Below are positions 9,061 through 18,661 of a stretch of DNA of 64,000 bases, one piece after another (position 1 is the stretch's first letter; every line of letters starts with the position of its first letter). Where the stretch lies: the NCBI GenBank assembly GCA_963698665.1, contig CAVORO010000003.1, positions 1,311,831 through 1,375,830 on the forward strand, written 5' to 3'. The notes beneath the pieces were generated by a model, which saw nothing but the letters and a program-made list of their open reading frames with translations, ran no database searches and was not told the DNA's origin. Origin of the DNA: Miltoncostaeaceae bacterium (GTDB lineage: Bacteria > Actinomycetota > Thermoleophilia > Miltoncostaeales > Miltoncostaeaceae). The translations under genes and the position numbers were made by a program.

Positions 9061-11040
9061 GTGATCCGCTCGCCGCGGATCCGGGCGGGCGGCGCGTCTA
9101 CGCGCTCCGGCCCCGGGCGGGCCGCACCGGGCGTCTCGGCCCGGCTGGCGGAGCTCCTCGACCCCGAGCAACGGGCGGCGGTCGAGGCGCTCGGCGGTCG
9201 CACCCTCGTGCTGGCCGCCGCCGGCTCCGGGAAGACGCGGACGATCGTCGGCGCCATCGCGCATCTGATCGAGTCCGGGACGCCACCCGGCCATGTCGCG
9301 CTGATGACCTTCACGCGCCGCGCCGCGCGGCAGATGCGAACGCGCGCCCAGCAGATCGCCGCGAGCGACCTCTCGGACATGACGGCCGGGACCTTCCACT
9401 CCGTCTGTCAGCGCCTCCTCGTCCGCCACGGCGCGGCGATCGGCCTGCCGTCACCGTTCACCGTGCTGGACGGCGAGGACCAGGCCGATCTCGTGGCGCT
9501 CGCCCGCGACCACGTGCTGCGCGGGCGGGCCACGCGTCCCTCGCTGCCGCGCCCCGGTGAGCTCGCCGGGTTCATCCAGCGCTCGGCGGAACGGGACGCC
9601 CCGCTCGCCGAGGTGGTCGTGGAGCGCAACGGCCGGCTCGTCGACCGGGTGGCGGAGATCGAGGAGATCGCCGCGGAGTACGCGCGCCGAAAGCGGGCCC
9701 TCGCGGCCCTGGACTACGCCGACCTGCTGGTCGAGGGCCGGCGCCTCCTGCGCGAGGCGGGCCCGCGCGCGCGCGGCGCGATCCGGTGGGTGTTCGTCGA
9801 CGAGCTCCACGACGTGAACCCGATCCAGGCGGAGCTGGCCGAGCTCCTCGCCGGAGCCGACGGAGGGCTGTTCGTGGTGGGGGACCCCGACCAGGCGATC
9901 TACGCATGGCGCGGCGCCGACCCCGACGTGGTCGATCGTTTCGCCAGGGATCCCGCCACGCGGGTGGTCAAGCTGGAGCGCAACTACCGATCACGGCCGG
10001 AGGTGGTGGCGCTGGCGCAGCGCATGCTGCCGGGCGGCAACCGGTACGAGCGCCGCCTGCGCGCGGTCCGGCCCCATGGCGGGCCGCCGCCGGTGGTCGC
10101 GCACCTCGCCGACGCACACGACGAGGCGGCGTTCGTGGCGCAGCGGATCGCCGACCTCATGAACGACGGGCGGGCCGCCGGCGATGTCGCCGTGCTCTAC
10201 CGCGCGCACCATCACTCGGTGGATCTGCAGCTGGCGCTGGCCGAGGCCGGGGTGGAGTTCGAGCTGTTCTCGGGTGCGAGATTCGTCGAGAGCGCCCACG
10301 TCAAGGACGGCCTCGCGGCGTGCCGTGTCCGGCACAACCTGCGCGACGGGCTGGCCTGGGTGCGCGTGTTGCGGCTCCTGCCGGGGGTCGGCGACGCCTC
10401 GGCGGCGCGCGCCGCCGAGCTCGCCGTCGGCGCGGCCGGCATCGAGGACGTCGCCGCACGGCTGCGGGCGGCCGGGACGAGGCCGTTGGCGCGCGCGGCC
10501 GGCCTGGTCGACCTGCTCGCCGGACTCGAGCGCCCCGAGGAGCTCATCCTCACGCTCGCCCGGAGCGAGTGGTACAGGGACTCGCTGGTCTCCCGGTATC
10601 CGAATTGGCAGGATCGCGAGGCGGACCTCGCGCGCCTGGCCGAGCTCGCGGCGCGCGCGAGCGACCTCGACGGCTTCCTGGCCGACATGCACCTGGCCGA
10701 GCGCGTCGAGGCCGACGAGGACGTGTCGGGCCCGGCCCGGCGCGTCGCGCTCTCCACGGTGCACCAGGCCAAGGGCCTCGAATGGCCGGTCGTGTTCGTC
10801 CTGCAGGTCGAGTCGGGCGCGTTCCCGTCGGGCTGGGCGGTCAGTGAGGGGAACCTGGACGAGGAGGAGCGCCTGTTCTACGTCGCGCTGACCCGGGCTG
10901 CCGACGAGCTCTACCTGTGCCGCCCGATCGCCGCCCGCCGGGCATGGGACACCGGCCCCGACGCGGTGGCGATCAACTCGGGGCAGGGGTTCCTGGACGT
11001 CGACCTGGAGGGGCTGGTCGAGGAGTGGTCCGTCCGATGA
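9061..11040 (+). CDS. UvrD/PcrA-type ATP-dependent DNA helicase
   Basis: Helicase motifs AAAGSGKTRT, FTRRAARQM, VFVDELHDVNP, VVGDPDQAIYAWRGA, LERNYRSRPEVV, STVHQAKGLEWPVVFV, FYVALTRAADELYL. Confidence 0.9.
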   Translation: MIRSPRIRAGGASTRSGPGRAAPGVSARLAELLDPEQRAAVEALGGRTLVLAAAGSGKTRTIVGAIAHLIESGTPPGHVALMTFTRRAARQMRTRAQQIAASDLSDMTAGTFHSVCQRLLVRHGAAIGLPSPFTVLDGEDQADLVALARDHVLRGRATRPSLPRPGELAGFIQRSAERDAPLAEVVVERNGRLVDRVAEIEEIAAEYARRKRALAALDYADLLVEGRRLLREAGPRARGAIRWVFVDELHDVNPIQAELAELLAGADGGLFVVGDPDQAIYAWRGADPDVVDRFARDPATRVVKLERNYRSRPEVVALAQRMLPGGNRYERRLRAVRPHGGPPPVVAHLADAHDEAAFVAQRIADLMNDGRAAGDVAVLYRAHHHSVDLQLALAEAGVEFELFSGARFVESAHVKDGLAACRVRHNLRDGLAWVRVLRLLPGVGDASAARAAELAVGAAGIEDVAARLRAAGTRPLARAAGLVDLLAGLERPEELILTLARSEWYRDSLVSRYPNWQDREADLARLAELAARASDLDGFLADMHLAERVEADEDVSGPARRVALSTVHQAKGLEWPVVFVLQVESGAFPSGWAVSEGNLDEEERLFYVALTRAADELYLCRPIAARRAWDTGPDAVAINSGQGFLDVDLEGLVEEWSVR

Positions 11041-11300
11041 GCGGTGGCGTCGATCCGGACTTCGGGCCCCTGCGCGCGGTGGTGCCGGACGCGGTGGCGG
11101 CGGGGTTCGCGTACGTGGGGCTGGTCGCGGACGTCCGCGTCTACCGCAACCTGGACAACGGCCGGGAACTCGCGCTCGATCCGCGGGGGGTCGCGCACGA
11201 CGTGCTGGGCGGCGCGTACTGGCCGGTTCCGAGGGTCGCCGCGCTCCACTACGCCCTGGGCGAGACCGATCGGCGTCCCATGCCCGGGCGGGACGGCTGA
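11037..11300 (+). CDS. Hypothetical protein (87 aa)
   Basis: ATG 11037 overlaps the helicase stop (ATGA). The sequence MSGGVDPDFGPLRAVVPDAVAAGFAYVGLVADVRVYRNLDNGRELALDPRG... has high GC3. No family recognised. Confidence 0.45.
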   Translation: MSGGVDPDFGPLRAVVPDAVAAGFAYVGLVADVRVYRNLDNGRELALDPRGVAHDVLGGAYWPVPRVAALHYALGETDRRPMPGRDG

Positions 11301-11322
11301 GGCCACCGGATACGCTCCCGGC

Positions 11323-12105
11323 ATGATCGTCTCGTCCCGACCCGAGGGGTTGGTGCTGGTCCGTCAGGTGGACCATCAGGCCCAGTGCGCGGAGATGGCG
11401 TCACAATGGGGCAACGAGGTGTTCGCGCGGCCCGCCCCCTGGGGCCCGATCGCCGCCGCCGCCGCCTGGCACGACGAGGGGTGGCGATCGTGGGAGGCCG
11501 CACCGGGGGTGGACTCGTCCGGGCGGCCGATCGACTTCGTGGACATCGATCGCGAGACGCACGTCGGGTTGTACGACGACGGGATCGCGACCTGCGTGCG
11601 CCGCGATCCCCTGGCCGGCCTGCTGGTCAGCCTGCACGGGCGTGGCCTGTACGAGCGACGGCTCGGAATCGACGGGCCACGACCGGACCCCGGCTCGCGT
11701 CCCCCCGGCGTCGTCGCCTTCCTCGCGGCGCAAGGGCGGCTGCAGGACGACCTTCGCGAGCGACTCCGCCCGGACCCCGACTGGGAGTGGGCCGCCTATC
11801 GCCTTCTCCAGGCGTTCGACCTGCTCAGTCTCTACCTGGTGTGGCGCGCGCACCCCGCGGGCCGCGAGGGGGCGCTCGCCCGCGTGCCCAGGTGGCCGGG
11901 CGACGAGGGGGTCACGATCACGCTCCGCCGCACCGGGCCATGGCGCGCGTCGGCGGACCCCTATCCGTTCGCGCCCGACGAGGTGTCGCTCGCGGTCGCT
12001 GCGCGCGTGATCCCCGACAGGCGCCACACCGGCCCTGACGACCTGTCAGCGGCCATCGCGGCAGCGCCGCCGGTCACGCTGGCGTACGTCGTCCATCGCC
12101 CCTGA
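11323..12105 (+). CDS. DUF3891 family protein
   Basis: From ATG 11323: MIVSSRPEGLVLVRQVDHQAQCAEMASQWGN..., which resembles the conserved DUF3891 N-terminus as I remember it. Confidence 0.65.
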   Translation: MIVSSRPEGLVLVRQVDHQAQCAEMASQWGNEVFARPAPWGPIAAAAAWHDEGWRSWEAAPGVDSSGRPIDFVDIDRETHVGLYDDGIATCVRRDPLAGLLVSLHGRGLYERRLGIDGPRPDPGSRPPGVVAFLAAQGRLQDDLRERLRPDPDWEWAAYRLLQAFDLLSLYLVWRAHPAGREGALARVPRWPGDEGVTITLRRTGPWRASADPYPFAPDEVSLAVAARVIPDRRHTGPDDLSAAIAAAPPVTLAYVVHRP

Positions 12106-12164
12106 CCATCCGTGGGCGCCGGCATCGTCGCCCGGCGCCCACGGATCCACACCGTTCGAGCGGG

Positions 12165-12374
12165 CTAGTCCTCGTACTTGAACGAGAGCTGCAGGCGGGC
12201 CCGGTAGAGCTCGACCTTGCCGCCCTCACCGACCGTCACGTCGAGCTTGGAGACCTCCGCGACCCTGAGGTCGCGAAGGCTCTTCCCGGCGGTCGCGAGG
12301 GCGTCGGCCGTGGCCGCCTCCCAGCTGTCGGGGCTGGTGCCGATGACGTCGATGATCCGGTAGACGCTTCCCAT
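12165..12374 (-). CDS. Dodecin (flavin-binding) family protein
   Basis: 69 aa, MGSVYRIIDVIGTSPDSWEAATADALATAGKSLRDLRVAEVSKLDVTVGEGGKVELYRARLQLSFKYED, closely resembling dodecins. GGAGGA sits ~6 nt upstream of ATG 12374. Confidence 0.85.
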   Translation of the reverse strand: MGSVYRIIDVIGTSPDSWEAATADALATAGKSLRDLRVAEVSKLDVTVGEGGKVELYRARLQLSFKYED

Positions 12375-12484
12375 CGCGATCCTCCTTGTCGGCCGCCCCA
12401 CGGATCGCGCCGTGGGGGGCGAATGACCGAAACGGCCATGATCATCGCCCCCCGGGAGCGTGTGGGCAAGGCACTGACCGACGG

Positions 12485-13279
12485 TCAGATCCCGGTCAGC
12501 CCCTCGGAGCGGAGGCGCGCGAGGTTGACGGCGGCCCGCATCCGCATGGCGCGGTCGGCCGCGAGGAGGACCTCGCCCCGCTCGGGTGCCCCCAGACGCA
12601 GGGCGCGCGCCGGATCTTCGGCACGGAGCGCGGTGTAGGCGCAGATCACGGCGTCGAGCACGGCGGCGTCGTCGATCGCCTCCCAGTCGTCGGCGTCCGC
12701 CCGCGGCGCCCAGCCCCCGAGGTCCACGGCGCGCGCGACGATGGCCGCCGCCGCCAGGGTGCCCGACGGACGCGCCCTGCCCTCGCCCTTCGGCCGGTAG
12801 CGCGGCGCGCGAAGCCCGAGCCATGCGCGTCGGTACTCGGCGAACTCCATCGTGGAGGCGTCGACGCGGCCCGACTCGAGCATGATCTGGCGGAGCGTCG
12901 CGTCGGGCACGGCCTCGACGACGTCCCCCGCCCGCGTCGCCAGACCCTCGCGAAGGTCCTCGCCCCGGAGGCCACCGTGGAGTGCCGCGAGACGCCTGCG
13001 CGAGCTGGGGAGCATGGGGATGTCGAGCCACGCGAGCAGCCGCTCGACGTCGCGCGCGCCCTCCTCGTTCGCGACGACCAGCGGCGCGTCCACGCACACC
13101 CGCGTACAGGTCGGGACCGCCGCGAGCACCTCCGCGTCGCCGTCGGCGCGGCGGATGTCGAGCAGCGACGCGTCGGCGCCGACGAGCGCGACCACCGACG
13201 GGCGACCCGTGCCGATGAGCGCGGCCCGCTGCTGGAGATGCACCCCGACGGCCGCCGGGGAATCGTGGTGCTCGCTCAT
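12485..13279 (-). CDS. Hypothetical protein, possibly DUF429-like (RNase H-fold)
   Basis: Clean 264-aa ORF with high GC3. The family call is weak and from memory. Confidence 0.6.
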   Translation of the reverse strand: MSEHHDSPAAVGVHLQQRAALIGTGRPSVVALVGADASLLDIRRADGDAEVLAAVPTCTRVCVDAPLVVANEEGARDVERLLAWLDIPMLPSSRRRLAALHGGLRGEDLREGLATRAGDVVEAVPDATLRQIMLESGRVDASTMEFAEYRRAWLGLRAPRYRPKGEGRARPSGTLAAAAIVARAVDLGGWAPRADADDWEAIDDAAVLDAVICAYTALRAEDPARALRLGAPERGEVLLAADRAMRMRAAVNLARLRSEGLTGI

Positions 13280-13341
13280 CGGAGGAGTCCGCGCAGCTTG
13301 CCAGTTCCGCCGGTCGGGCTTAGGCTCCGGTTGGCCGCCGC

Positions 13342-13677
13342 GTGGGCGGCCTCGCCGGGGGGAAGAGGTTGAGCGGACTGCTCCTGTTGTTGATCGGTCT
13401 CGTGTCGCCGTGGGTGGTGCATCTCGCCCCCCCGCGCCAGCGGCCGCTCGCGCTCGTCGGAGTCGTCGCGGTCCTCTTGTTGTTCGCCATCTTCGCGACG
13501 AACCCCATCCTGGCCTGGCAGATGTGGGCGGGCCTCGCCGCGGGCGTCGTGTCGATCCTCGCGGTGACGGCGATGTCGGGCGGCGGCGGACTGCACCTCG
13601 GCCGCGGTGGCGGGTCGCGCCGCCGCCCGAGCACGCGCCCGCGGCGCGACCACGAGGACCTGACCGGCGAGGTCTAG
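13342..13677 (+). CDS. Small membrane protein (3 TM), unknown function
   Basis: LSGLLLLLIGLVSPWVVHL..., LALVGVVAVLLLFAIFA and WAGLAAGVVSILAVTAM, followed by a basic tail. The start is uncertain (GTG 13342 or TTG 13369). Confidence 0.4.
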   Translation: MGGLAGGKRLSGLLLLLIGLVSPWVVHLAPPRQRPLALVGVVAVLLLFAIFATNPILAWQMWAGLAAGVVSILAVTAMSGGGGLHLGRGGGSRRRPSTRPRRDHEDLTGEV

Positions 13678-13841
13678 TCGGTCCGGGGGCGCGACGTCCG
13701 CGTCCCCACGGACCACGGCCGCCCGGCCGCGTCGCCCCGGCTGTCCCAGGTGTCCGGGAGCCCGCGTGGGACGGCCGGCCGAGTCGTCGGCGCCCGGCGC
13801 AGGCCTTCGGCGGCCGATGCCCCGCCCACGGGCCCGTCCTG

Positions 13842-15197
13842 CTACGGGTCGGTCGGGTCCAGGTGCTCTTCGATCAGCGGCGTCGCCCGCTCGTTGTCGT
13901 CGAGGAGCAGCAGGCCGGTCCGGAGCGCCTTGATGCCGGGGCCGCGCTGGCCCTTGGCCAGCAACGCGATCCCGAGGGGGATGTGGGCGTCGGCGTATCG
14001 ACGGTCGAGCTTGACCGCGGCGGTCGCCGCGGCGACGGCGTCGTCCGTGCGCTCCGCCCGGGACAGCACGTAGCTGCGAAACGCGGGCGCGGCGGCGTCC
14101 TTCGGATCCAGGCGGGCGGCGCGGGCGAACTCGACGGCGGCGCGCTGCGGCTGCTTGAGTCCGGCCAGGGCCACGCCCCGCCCGAACCACGCCTCGGCCA
14201 TCGTGGCGTCGCGCTTGCGCGCGCGCGAGTTCGACGCGAGGGCCTTCTTGTGCTCGTCTCGCGCCTGGTGGATGTCACCTCTGAGGAGCTCGCCCGGCGC
14301 GGTCCTGCGCCATGCGCGCGGCCACCCGTCGAGCAGTTCCTCGGCCTCGTCGAGCTCGCCGGCGTCGATCCGCTCGCGAACCTGGGCGACCGCCCATGCG
14401 AGCACCTTCCCCTGGCGCTTGCGCGCGACCTCGAGCGTCCGCGCGAAGTCGGCGGGGGTCTCCCAGTCGGGCTTGGGCTTGATCACGCCGAGGCGCGCCT
14501 CGGCCTTGCGGGTGAACTCGACCCGCGCCGGCCGGTCCGCCGGGAGGCCGCGAAGGGCCGTCTTGAGCGCGCCCGGCGTCGCCGTCTCGACACCGTTGAG
14601 CTTCGTGATGACGTCGCCGCGCCGGAGCCCGGCCTGCACGGCCGCTCCCTTGGGCGCGACGGAGGCGACGAGCTGCCCGCTACCAGGCGCGATCCCGAGC
14701 GGGCGCGCCACGGCGCGCCAGGTCGGGATGGTCACCGCGTCGAGCTGGCCGCGGGCCCGCGTCAGCTTCAGCGTGAAGTCACCGCTGACCGGCTGGGAGA
14801 CGTCGTTCGCGGCGTCGGTCGCCTGCACGCGCACCTTGTAGCTGCCGCCGCCGAGCTGGAACCCGCGGTCGTCGACCGCGTCGACGAGCAGGTAGGCCCG
14901 GCCGGCCTTGCGGGTCTCGTCGGCGTTGACCGTCAGCACCGGCCGCCCGTCACGGTTGGAGCTCACGATCACCGTGAGCTTGGCCGGCTCGGAGATCCGC
15001 ACGCCGACGAGGAACCGCGCATGGCCGCGCTGGGCGGTCACGACCTTGGCGAGCTTCAGGGAGCTCACGGTCGGGGCGCCTGGCTGCGCGCCGCCGGCGG
15101 GCCCCTGTGCGAGCGCGGGTGCGGCGATCGTCAGGGTGGCGGCGCCGATCGCCGCGGTCACCGTGGTGCGCAGTGAGATTCGTCGAGGTCCGGACAC
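13842..15197 (-). CDS. Secreted PDZ-domain and TPR-repeat protein
   Basis: C-terminal 451 aa of ORF 13842..16466 from GTG 15197. Signal peptide ...AAIGAATLTIAAPALAQG, PDZ core GLRRGDVITKLNG, and TPR-like repeats at the C-terminus. The upstream part of the ORF is antisense to the next gene. Confidence 0.75.
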   Translation of the reverse strand: MSGPRRISLRTTVTAAIGAATLTIAAPALAQGPAGGAQPGAPTVSSLKLAKVVTAQRGHARFLVGVRISEPAKLTVIVSSNRDGRPVLTVNADETRKAGRAYLLVDAVDDRGFQLGGGSYKVRVQATDAANDVSQPVSGDFTLKLTRARGQLDAVTIPTWRAVARPLGIAPGSGQLVASVAPKGAAVQAGLRRGDVITKLNGVETATPGALKTALRGLPADRPARVEFTRKAEARLGVIKPKPDWETPADFARTLEVARKRQGKVLAWAVAQVRERIDAGELDEAEELLDGWPRAWRRTAPGELLRGDIHQARDEHKKALASNSRARKRDATMAEAWFGRGVALAGLKQPQRAAVEFARAARLDPKDAAAPAFRSYVLSRAERTDDAVAAATAAVKLDRRYADAHIPLGIALLAKGQRGPGIKALRTGLLLLDDNERATPLIEEHLDPTDP

Positions 15198-15284
15198 GGC
15201 GGCGACCCTACCAGCGGCCCGCGTGCCCACCACGCGGGTGTGTCGAGCCGTCACCTCGCCCGGGGCTCGACTAACGTCCGCCCT

Positions 15285-16541
15285 GTGCGAGTTCCCCGCG
15301 CCCCTGTCGAGATCCTCGAGCACGCGGCGGGCGGTTCGCCGGTCGCGTCCGACGACGTGGTCGACGTGGTCCGCGCCTGGCTCGACGGCGGCGCCGACGA
15401 CGCCCAGATGGCCGCGCTCTCGGTCGTCGGCTGGGCGCCGACGGTGACGCCGGCGATCGTCGATCTGCTGCTGGCCGCGGGCGACCGGCTCGAGCTCGCC
15501 AGGCTGGAGGCGACGGGGGGCTTCGTCAGCACGGGCGCCGTCGGTGATCCGGCCGAGCTCGCGGTCGCACCGGTGGCGGCGGCACTGGGCGTGCGCGTCG
15601 CCGTCCTGGCCTCGGCAGCCGCGGGCGCGGTGATCGGCGGCCAGGACAAGCTCGGGTGCATCCCGGGCCTGCGCGTCGGCCGGTCGGCCGAGGATCTCGC
15701 GAGGGGCGCCCGGGACGCGGGGATCGTGGTCGGGGCGCCGGTCGGGCGTCTCGCCGAGGGCATGCGCCGGATGGCGCGCCTCGCCGAGGGGGTCGGGGTG
15801 TCGCGCCTTGCGCGGATCCTCGCGCCGTTGACGGCTGCCCGCGCCCTCGTGCCGGGCACGGCCGCGGTGGTCGTGGACGTGCCGACCGGGTCGGGCGGGG
15901 CGCTGTCCGGCGACGCCATACGGGTCGCCGACGCCGTCCGCGAGGCCCTCGTCGGGGCGGGGCGCGCCGCCCACGTCGCGACCTCGGCCGCCGATGCGCC
16001 GATCGCCAACGCGATCGGGACCGCGCTCGAGGTCGCCGTGGTCCGCGCGCTGCTGGTCGGCGAGGGCGACGCGCGGCTTCGCGACCGCGTCGCAGACCTC
16101 GCCGGGCGCCTCGCCGAGCTCGCCGGCGTGCAGGAGGGTGGCGCAGGTCGCGCCGCGGCCCTCGGCGCGCTCGAGTCTGGGACCGCGCTCGCCGCCGCGG
16201 AGCGGTGGGTCGAGTCGCAGGGCGGGCATCCCGAGGTGTGGACCGACGACGCGCTGCTGGCCCGCGCCCCCACGCAACGCGCATGCACGGCGTCGCGGGA
16301 CGGGGTGGTCGGCTCGCTCGACGTCGGCGCGCTGGCGGAGCTGGCGCGCTGGCTCGGCGCGGGCCGGATGCATCCGGCGCAGGCGATCGACTTCGCGGCC
16401 GGTGTCGAGATCCTCGTGCATGCCGGCGAACCGGTCTCGCGCGACCAGCCGTTGCTCGTCCTCCACGGGCGTGACCAGGCGATGGTGGAAGTCGCACGCG
16501 CTCGCGCGGGCGCCGCCGTGCCGTTGCTCGGGGGCGACTGA
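15285..16541 (+). CDS. Thymidine/pyrimidine-nucleoside phosphorylase-like protein with a degenerate active-site region
   Basis: The overall family layout is present: an N-terminal helical domain, a central domain with ..STGAVGDP.. and QDKLGCIPGL, and a C-terminal PYNP_C-like block SLDVGALAELARWLGAGR..IDFAAGVEI. Start is either GTG 15285 or GTG 15240. Confidence 0.7.
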   Translation: MRVPRAPVEILEHAAGGSPVASDDVVDVVRAWLDGGADDAQMAALSVVGWAPTVTPAIVDLLLAAGDRLELARLEATGGFVSTGAVGDPAELAVAPVAAALGVRVAVLASAAAGAVIGGQDKLGCIPGLRVGRSAEDLARGARDAGIVVGAPVGRLAEGMRRMARLAEGVGVSRLARILAPLTAARALVPGTAAVVVDVPTGSGGALSGDAIRVADAVREALVGAGRAAHVATSAADAPIANAIGTALEVAVVRALLVGEGDARLRDRVADLAGRLAELAGVQEGGAGRAAALGALESGTALAAAERWVESQGGHPEVWTDDALLARAPTQRACTASRDGVVGSLDVGALAELARWLGAGRMHPAQAIDFAAGVEILVHAGEPVSRDQPLLVLHGRDQAMVEVARARAGAAVPLLGGD

Positions 16542-17359
16542 TGCCCGAGTTGCCCGAGGTCGAGACCATTCGCCGCCAGCTCGCCCGGCGGCTTCCGGGT
16601 CGCCGGATCGTCGCCGTGTCGGTGAACGATCCGCTCTTGGTCGCGCCGCTGACCCCGCCGGACGTCGCGGCGGACCTCGAGGGACGCACGATCGTCCGGG
16701 TCCACCGTCGCGGCAAGTACCTCCTGCTCCGTCTCGACGACGGCGATGATCTCGCGGTCCACCTGCGGATGACGGGGAGACTCCATCACTCGGATGCGGC
16801 GCCGGTGGACGAGCGTTTCCGGCGGGCGGTGATCGGCCTGGACGACGGAAGCCACCTCACGTTCAGCGATCAGCGTCGGTTCGGGCGCCTGTGGCGCGTG
16901 CCTGCCGGTCCGGCCCACTGGCGCGGCCGTGTCGGCGTCGAGCCGCTCGGCGGGGCGTTCACCGCGGCCCGCCTCGGGGAGCTGCTCGAGGGTCGCAGGG
17001 CGCCGGTGAAGGCGTCGCTCCTGGACCAGCGGCTGATCGCGGGCATCGGGAACATCTACGCTGACGAGGCGTTGTTCACGGCCCGCATCCATCCGCGCCG
17101 GACCGGCGGCAGCCTGTCTCCGCAGGAGGTCCGTCGCCTGCACCGTGCCATTCGCGCAAGCCTCCGCGCCGGGATCGCGGCCGGCGGGGCATCGATCGAC
17201 TCCTACCGGGACACGCTCGGACGCCGCGGCACGATGCAGGACGCGCTCCGAGTCCACCTGCACGCCGGGGAGCCATGCCGGCGGTGCCGGGCGCCGATCC
17301 TGAAGATCAGGGTCGCCCAGCGCGGGACGTACGTCTGTCCACGATGCCAGCCGGCGTGA
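16541..17359 (+). CDS. mutM: Formamidopyrimidine-DNA glycosylase
   Basis: MPELPEVETIRRQL N-terminus and a C-terminal zinc finger CRRC...CPRCQ. The ATG shares 1 nt with the preceding TGA. Confidence 0.93.
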   Translation: MPELPEVETIRRQLARRLPGRRIVAVSVNDPLLVAPLTPPDVAADLEGRTIVRVHRRGKYLLLRLDDGDDLAVHLRMTGRLHHSDAAPVDERFRRAVIGLDDGSHLTFSDQRRFGRLWRVPAGPAHWRGRVGVEPLGGAFTAARLGELLEGRRAPVKASLLDQRLIAGIGNIYADEALFTARIHPRRTGGSLSPQEVRRLHRAIRASLRAGIAAGGASIDSYRDTLGRRGTMQDALRVHLHAGEPCRRCRAPILKIRVAQRGTYVCPRCQPA

Positions 17360-18351
17360 GCGTCACGACCACGATCGGCGTCGGCGACGTCGCGGGTGTC
17401 CGGGTCGGGCACTGGACCGATGCCGTCGCGGGGACGGGGTGCACCGTGGTGATCCCGCCCGCCGGGACCGTCGGCGGCGTCGACGTCCGAGGCGGCGGTC
17501 CGAGCACGCGCGAGCTCGCGCTGCTGGAGCCGCTCGCCGGGCCGGCCGGACCGACGGCGGTGATCCTGACCGGGGGCAGCGCCTTCGGGTTGGCCGCCGC
17601 GGACGGCGTCGCCCACTGGTGCGAGGGGGAAGGGCTCGGCCACGAGGTCCCCGGCATCGCCCGGGTGCCCATCGTGAGCGCCGCGGTCATCTTCGACCTG
17701 GGCCTGGCGGCCGAGGGGCGGCGACCCGGACCCGCCGAGGGCGAGGCCGCGTGTCGCGTCGCGGTGGAGGGTCCGCACGCGCGCGGGAGCGTCGGCGCGG
17801 GGACCGGCGCGACGGTCGGGAAGATGCTTCGCCACGAGGGGTGGTGCAAGGGGGGGCTCGGCGGCGCAGGCGTGGTCACCGCCGACGGATGCACGGTCGC
17901 CGCGTTGGCGGTTGCCAACTGCTACGGCGACGTGCTGGCGCGCGACGGCGGCATCCTCTCGGGGTGCTGGATGCCGGGTGAGGGGATGGCCGGGACGGCG
18001 GCCCGCATGCTCACCGACCCGCCGCCGGACGCTCGTCTCGCCACGACCGGGAACACGACGCTCTGCGTCGTCGTGACCGACGCCGCGCTCGACCCGGCCG
18101 GTGCGGCCTCGGTGGCCCGCATGGCCTCGTCCGGTCTCGCGCGCGCGGTGTCGCCCGTCGGCACCCGCGTGGACGGCGACGTCGTCATCTGCCTGGCGAC
18201 CGGACGCCGCCCGGGCAACGTCATGATCTGCGGCGTGGCCGGCGCCGAGGCCGCGGCCGAGGCGGTGAGGGACGCGGTGCGCACCGCGACGGCCGTCCGG
18301 GGGGTGCCGACGGCGGCGGACCGCCGCGCCGGCCGGACGCGCGAGGTCTAG
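17344..18351 (+). CDS. P1 (S58, DmpA/L-aminopeptidase) family peptidase
   Basis: Motifs VGHWTD..TGCTVV, VDVRGGGPSTRE, LTGGSAFGL, GAGTGATVGK. Start is ATG 17344 or GTG 17356; the latter overlaps the mutM stop as GTGA. Confidence 0.8.
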   Translation: MPAGVSVTTTIGVGDVAGVRVGHWTDAVAGTGCTVVIPPAGTVGGVDVRGGGPSTRELALLEPLAGPAGPTAVILTGGSAFGLAAADGVAHWCEGEGLGHEVPGIARVPIVSAAVIFDLGLAAEGRRPGPAEGEAACRVAVEGPHARGSVGAGTGATVGKMLRHEGWCKGGLGGAGVVTADGCTVAALAVANCYGDVLARDGGILSGCWMPGEGMAGTAARMLTDPPPDARLATTGNTTLCVVVTDAALDPAGAASVARMASSGLARAVSPVGTRVDGDVVICLATGRRPGNVMICGVAGAEAAAEAVRDAVRTATAVRGVPTAADRRAGRTREV

Positions 18352-18611
18352 GCGCCGACCCCGAGGATCGCGTCGAGCCTGCCGGCGTCGTCGAGGGCCT
18401 TGATGTCGTCGTACCCGCCCAGCGGGCGATCGTCGACGATGATCTGCGGGACCGTGCGGCGCCCGGTCAGCTCGACGAGCCGCACGCGGGCCTCGCCGTC
18501 CCACAGGGAGAGGTGGATCTGCTCGTACTCGACGCCCTTGGCGTCGAGGAGCCGCTTCGCCCGGATGCAGAACGGGCAGGCGTCTGAGGTGTACATCGTG
18601 ATCTCGGGCAT
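18348..18611 (-). CDS. Glutaredoxin (CPFC active site)
   Basis: 87 aa: MPEITMYTSDACPFCIRAKRLLDAKGVEYEQI...TVPQIIVDDRPLGGYDD. Confidence 0.9.
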   Translation of the reverse strand: MPEITMYTSDACPFCIRAKRLLDAKGVEYEQIHLSLWDGEARVRLVELTGRRTVPQIIVDDRPLGGYDDIKALDDAGRLDAILGVGA

Positions 18612-18661
18612 GACTTCAAAGTGTATAGCAGTGCGACGGGTGACTCTCCGCGAGCGTGCGA

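Noticed and set aside
9061-11040. UvrD-like helicase as part of a Gabija/Hachiman-type defence system
   Set aside because: There is no adjacent OLD-family ATPase/nuclease or other defence partner. The neighbours are housekeeping-like, and the helicase looks like an ordinary UvrD/PcrA paralogue.
13842-16466. 874-aa ORF read as a single protein
   Set aside because: Only the C-terminal 451 aa (from GTG 15197, with a signal peptide) look like protein. The N-terminal part is antisense to the thymidine-phosphorylase-like gene.
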